Positions 59,804-64,000 of a stretch of DNA of 64,000 bases are shown in pieces. The first letter of the stretch is position 1. Every line of letters begins with the position of its first letter. Origin of the DNA: Sediminibacterium sp. (lineage in GTDB: Bacteria; Bacteroidota; Bacteroidia; Chitinophagales; Chitinophagaceae); contig JAJTDP010000004.1 of the NCBI GenBank assembly GCA_021300455.1, positions 2,438-66,437 on the forward strand. The letters are read 5' to 3'. Below the pieces are notes generated by a model. That model ran no database searches and was not told the origin of the DNA. It worked only from the letters and a program-made list of their open reading frames with translations. A program made the position numbers and the translations under genes.

Positions 59804-59935
59804 TAAATTGAAAATGAGATATGGCCTCCGACGAAGAGGGCTGGCCGCATTTTAAGCAATTAAAGGGCCTGCCTACGATGGACTTAATAGAACAGGAAGG
59901 ATTTTTAAAAGACCATATTTTACTCTATTTTGATA
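59804..59935 (+). ncRNA. Candidate structured non-coding RNA (6S-like rod); boundaries approximate
   Basis: Own -7 box TACCTTTG at 59791; closing stem aaaatgagatatgg/ccatattttactctatttt; inner stem ggc-t-ggcc...tttaa-GCAA-ttaaa...ggcc-t-gcc; GC-richer than neighbouring intergenic DNA. Confidence 0.45.
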
Positions 59936-60003
59936 ACAATAGCTTCTAGCTCATTGGTTTTTTAGTGTTTTTTATGAATCTTTGCATCAATAAAAAATAA
60001 ACT

Positions 60004-60381
60004 ATGCAATTCCCAGCCGACTTACGTTACACAAAAGACCACGAATGGATTAAATTAGAAGGCAATACTGCCACTATTGGTATTACCGATTTCGCACAAG
60101 GCGAACTAGGGGATATTGTATACATTGATATTAATACAGTTGGAAAAATGCTTTCCGCTGAAGCTGTATTCGGAACAGTAGAAGCCGTAAAAACAGTAAG
60201 TGATTTATTTTTACCAGTGTCGGGTACAATACTGGAAGTAAACTCTGCACTAACTGCTCAACCAGAATTAGTGAACACCGATCCTTATGGTGCAGGCTGG
60301 ATGGTAAAAGTAACTGTTGTGAATATAGCTGATGTAGAAGCTTTATTAACAAGCGAGGCCTATAGTCAGTTGGTTCATTAA
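60004..60381 (+). CDS. gcvH: Glycine cleavage system H protein
   Basis: [30 protein letters not shown] (lipoyl-Lys), NTDPYGAGW. Confidence 0.98.
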   Translation: MQFPADLRYTKDHEWIKLEGNTATIGITDFAQGELGDIVYIDINTVGKMLSAEAVFGTVEAVKTVSDLFLPVSGTILEVNSALTAQPELVNTDPYGAGWMVKVTVVNIADVEALLTSEAYSQLVH

Positions 60382-60387
60382 TCCATT

Positions 60388-60804
60388 ATGACAAATTCAT
60401 TTAAAACTTTTATTTGGGTCATTTTTGAATTTGTACTCATATTTATTTTATTAAGTATGCCCAGTAGCGGCGAACCTGGCAAAGGTTGGATCTCCTATCT
60501 ATTGGAATTGCCTTTTGCCGATAAAATAATTCATGTAGGATTATTCGGAAGCTTAGCCTTATCCCTATTTTTTCATTTAGAACAGTATTCAAATATTTCT
60601 TTTAGGTCAACAAGAACAAAGGCATTGTCATTAATACTTTGCATTGTATTTGGAATTGGCATGGAATTTTATCAAAAATATTTTGTACCCTCAAGAGGAT
60701 TTGAAGTAGGTGATATGTTAGCAGATGCCATGGGAGCCTTACTAGCACTGCCTTTTTTTAATGGGGTGAAGCGTTTTATACAACCAAAAGTGAAGTCAAT
60801 ATAA
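60388..60804 (+). CDS. VanZ family membrane protein
   Basis: DKIIHVGLF, GIGMEFYQ, RGFEVGDMLADAMG. Confidence 0.9.
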   Translation: MTNSFKTFIWVIFEFVLIFILLSMPSSGEPGKGWISYLLELPFADKIIHVGLFGSLALSLFFHLEQYSNISFRSTRTKALSLILCIVFGIGMEFYQKYFVPSRGFEVGDMLADAMGALLALPFFNGVKRFIQPKVKSI

Positions 60805-61266
60805 ATGGGTATTGAAAAAGACATACAACAAACGAATTTCAGAAATGAATTTCAAAAAATGGGTATCAATATCATTTATACTGCGAATTGGTTGAATGAG
60901 AAGATGGGCCAAATTTTGTCTACAGAAGACATTACCCAACAACAATATAATATTTTAAGAATTTTACGCGGTAGCGATGCGCCTTTAAGTACTTTAAAAA
61001 TTAGAGAGCGCATGTTAGATAAGATGAGCGATACCAGTAGAATTGTAGACCGCTTAATTGTAAAGGACCTGGTAGAAAAAACGGCCTGCGTAAAAGATAA
61101 AAGACTGGTAGATATTACTGTTACCAAAAAAGGACTCCAATTATTAGAAAAATTAGATGCTTTAAATGAGCAGATCGATTTCATCTTAAAAGGCGTGAGT
61201 GAAAAAGAGGCCACTACCATCAATCAAATTTTAGATAAGCTTAGAGAAGATACCCAGCATTTATAA
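60805..61266 (+). CDS. MarR family transcription regulator
   Basis: ITQQQYNILRILRG, SDTSRIVDRL, DKRLVDITVT. Confidence 0.93.
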   Translation: MGIEKDIQQTNFRNEFQKMGINIIYTANWLNEKMGQILSTEDITQQQYNILRILRGSDAPLSTLKIRERMLDKMSDTSRIVDRLIVKDLVEKTACVKDKRLVDITVTKKGLQLLEKLDALNEQIDFILKGVSEKEATTINQILDKLREDTQHL

Positions 61267-61281
61267 ATTAAATTAGTACCC

Positions 61282-62748
61282 ATGCGTTTATTAATGAGTA
61301 TCCTATTTATAGGATTTTTTCTTTTTACAAAAGCACAACCCGCTTTTAACGATAAAAATGTTTTTGAATTTAGAGGCGTATGGATAGCTACTGTTGAAAA
61401 TATAGACTGGCCTAGTAAAAAAGGTTTATCCAATCAAACACAGAAAGAAGAATTTATTACACTACTTGATAGGCATCAAAAAAATGGTATGAATGCTATT
61501 ATTATGCAAGTGCGCCCTTCTGGTGATGCCTTTTATCCCTCTACCTTAGAGCCTTGGAGCGAATACCTAATGGGTACGCAGGGCTTGCCTCCTAGCCCCT
61601 TTTATGACCCCTTAGAATTCATGATTAACGAAACGCATAAAAGAGGAATGGAATTTCATGCCTGGATTAATCCTTACCGCGCTGTTTTCAATGTCAACAA
61701 ATCAAGTGTGGCACCCAGTCATATTTCTAAACTACATCCGGAATGGTTTTTAACCTATGGAGATAAAAAATATTTTAATCCAGGTCTTCCACAAGTATGG
61801 CAACATACCAACCGAATTGTTAGAGACTTGGTAAGCAGGTATGATATTGACGCCATTCATATGGACGATTATTTTTATCCTTACCGTATTGCAGGTAAAG
61901 AATTTCCAGATGAGAAAACCTATCAACAAAATAAAAGAGGTTTGTCCAAAGAGGATTGGAGAAGAAGTAATTGCGATACCATTGTCAAACAATTATACGC
62001 AAGCATTCACCAAATAAAACCAGGTGTACAGTTTGGAATTAGCCCCTTTGGTATTTGGCGTAATAAATCAAAAGATCCAAGAGGCAGTAACACCAAGGGA
62101 GGTCAAACTAACTACGACGATTTATATGCTGATATATTATTATGGTTAGAAAAAGGTTGGGTAGATTATATAGCCCCACAAATTTATTGGGAGCATGGAC
62201 ATCCTTTAGCGGATTACGATACCATTATTGATTGGTGGGACCAAAACAGTTATGGAAAAAATTTATACATAGGTCATGGTATCTATAAAGCAGGTAGCAA
62301 TGCATCTTGGAAAGATAAAAATGAACTGCCTTATCAAATAAAAAGAGTACGCGATTTAAAAAATACAAGCGGTAGCGCTTATTATAACAGTACTAGTTTT
62401 AAAAACAATATTAATAATTGGAACGATAGCTTACAACAAAACTATTATCAAAAGCCCGCTTTAGTACCTACTATCCCTTGGCTAGTACAATATAAAGTAG
62501 AAGCACCTATTGTAAATAAGCAGAGTACGAGTAGCTATCAAATACAAGTGAAATTAGTAAGCAGTATAAAGCAGTATGCTATATTAGAAAGTACAAATAA
62601 GCAATTTTCGGTAGCTGCTATTTTAATGCCCGATACAAAAACAATTAGTCTAAACACCTTAGGCATTCAGAAAAAAACCAATGCACAATACTGGTTGGTA
62701 GCGATAGGAAAGCAAAATCAATTGAGTAGTTTAGTGGCGCTTAACTAA
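61282..62748 (+). CDS. GHL10/DUF187 glycoside hydrolase (YddW/DigH-like)
   Basis: EFRGVWIATVENIDWPS, QVRPSGDAFY, EFHAWINPYR, HMDDYFYPY, DYIAPQIYW. Confidence 0.92.
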   Translation: MRLLMSILFIGFFLFTKAQPAFNDKNVFEFRGVWIATVENIDWPSKKGLSNQTQKEEFITLLDRHQKNGMNAIIMQVRPSGDAFYPSTLEPWSEYLMGTQGLPPSPFYDPLEFMINETHKRGMEFHAWINPYRAVFNVNKSSVAPSHISKLHPEWFLTYGDKKYFNPGLPQVWQHTNRIVRDLVSRYDIDAIHMDDYFYPYRIAGKEFPDEKTYQQNKRGLSKEDWRRSNCDTIVKQLYASIHQIKPGVQFGISPFGIWRNKSKDPRGSNTKGGQTNYDDLYADILLWLEKGWVDYIAPQIYWEHGHPLADYDTIIDWWDQNSYGKNLYIGHGIYKAGSNASWKDKNELPYQIKRVRDLKNTSGSAYYNSTSFKNNINNWNDSLQQNYYQKPALVPTIPWLVQYKVEAPIVNKQSTSSYQIQVKLVSSIKQYAILESTNKQFSVAAILMPDTKTISLNTLGIQKKTNAQYWLVAIGKQNQLSSLVALN

Positions 62749-62755
62749 GGATAAA

Positions 62756-64000
62756 CTATTCGTAGACACGCTTTAATAAAGACTGTTCATTGGCTTTAAT
62801 GATTAATGGAACATGTTCCACTACCGTCATGTCGTTGTCTAGTCCAAAGGCTTTTTGATCGCTTTGTGACAAATGCTTGATATTAAAGTATACATCCATA
62901 ATAAAGTCTTCTCTAATAGACAATTCATTTTCAATAGAGAAGAAACTTTCTATAATAACATAAGTAATATCGGTATGGAAGTCCTTACTTTTTAAAGATT
63001 CATATTTACTATAAATACCCAATTCCTGCGATTCATTTAATTCCTGCATAACCTTTTTAAAACATAGGTTCACACGGGGTTGAATTCTGAAGCCTAATTT
63101 AAAATCGACACGCATTACTTTGTCATCCACTAATTCACGAATAGAATATTCCATTCCATAAGGCGAGTCGGTTCTGTCAATATGTAAGAACCAATAAATA
63201 TCGGCACGTTTTGGTTTTCTATTTAAAATAGAATCAATAATACGGTGTTCAATTTCTCTATGGTTATTGGCCTTGGTCAAATACACTAAATGGGTAGCAT
63301 ATTTAGGCATTTCCTTATCAGCACTTAATTCGGCCAATGGTTCTAAATAATCTTTCAATTTTACAAAGTCCAAATAACGATTGGTAATTTTTCGAGCTCT
63401 ATGCCAAATCAACATTACAAAAATAATACTGAATGAAAAGCCTAAAGTGATATAAGCATGTTTAATTTTAATAACATTCGCTAAAAAAAAGGAGATCTCC
63501 ACTGTGCTAAAAATTAATATAACTATAGCACTATCTCTAAAAAAGAATAGCATTGAAATACATCCAAACCATAATAATAAATTAAAACTTGGAATATAAA
63601 TTTGTCCTTTTTGATCCGTTGGAAATTTTACAGTCACCCTTGGCCAAAAGTTCATACTAATGGCTTCATTAATTAAAGCAAAAGAGCCACTAATTAAAGC
63701 CTGGCTCGCAATAATGGTTGCAAAAGTGGCAATACCAATGCCAATTAATAAAAACCAATGCGGCATTAATTCATAAAAAGGATTCATTTCACCAATGGTC
63801 TGACCCATGTGTTGCATTAGCCATACACCCTGCCCCATATAACTAAATACCAAGGCAATCTTTACAAAAATCCAACTTACTTGAATATTAATACGCCCAC
63901 AATGTCCTAAATCGCTATATAAAGCCTCGGCTCCAGTAGTACATAAGAACACAGCGCCTAATAACCAAAAGCCTTGCGGATAATTCGCAAGTAAGTCATA
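62756..64000 (-). CDS. kup: KUP/HAK/KT potassium transporter (5' part outside the window; apparent in-frame internal deletion near 63530)
   Basis: GFWLLGAVFLCTTGAEALYSDLGH, ATIIASQALISGSF, GQIYIP, LGFRIQP. The conserved xAAYG-containing TM segment is absent. Confidence 0.93.
   Translation of the reverse strand, partial: YDLLANYPQGFWLLGAVFLCTTGAEALYSDLGHCGRINIQVSWIFVKIALVFSYMGQGVWLMQHMGQTIGEMNPFYELMPHWFLLIGIGIATFATIIASQALISGSFALINEAISMNFWPRVTVKFPTDQKGQIYIPSFNLLLWFGCISMLFFFRDSAIVILIFSTVEISFFLANVIKIKHAYITLGFSFSIIFVMLIWHRARKITNRYLDFVKLKDYLEPLAELSADKEMPKYATHLVYLTKANNHREIEHRIIDSILNRKPKRADIYWFLHIDRTDSPYGMEYSIRELVDDKVMRVDFKLGFRIQPRVNLCFKKVMQELNESQELGIYSKYESLKSKDFHTDITYVIIESFFSIENELSIREDFIMDVYFNIKHLSQSDQKAFGLDNDMTVVEHVPLIIKANEQSLLKRVYE

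Noticed and set aside
59800-60003. Glycine riboswitch upstream of gcvH
   Set aside because: Lacks the recognisable glycine aptamer cores (GGAGA...CCGAAG...CUCUCAGG); treated as an unknown structured RNA instead.

Overview
This is an AT-rich, densely packed chromosomal window from a Bacteroidota bacterium, most likely Chitinophagaceae (inference from TAnnTTTG -7 promoter boxes, absence of Shine-Dalgarno motifs, gldA/porZ, long three-domain IspG, a PadR-PspC module and gene order). Content is mainly housekeeping: nth, ftsB-like, eno, acs, purD-mreBCD-mrdA-rodA, alaS, gatB, rpoN, tsaB, lpxL, ispG, gcvT/gcvH, serS, mqnC, kup, transporters and envelope proteins. I saw no prophage, transposase, CRISPR array, rRNA or tRNA. 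The most interesting signals are: (1) an intact class D beta-lactamase-like lipoprotein ORF with all three catalytic motifs degenerate; (2) a candidate stand-alone structured ncRNA (6S-like rod) between serS and gcvH; (3) an orphan KdnA-like (Kdo8N) aminotransferase heading the rpoN operon; (4) a secreted protein fusing a SusC/TBDR plug-signature motif to two PDZ domains; (5) a Cys-free ArsR paired with a rhodanese lacking its catalytic Cys; (6) a 183-bp palindrome plus a 100-bp-period repeat pair in one intergenic gap; (7) a perfect 15-5-15 inverted repeat at the padR promoter; (8) apparent internal deletions in mrdA (frameshifting) and kup (in frame), which may be assembly artefacts. All family assignments come from motif recognition and recall of reference proteins; no database searches were run.
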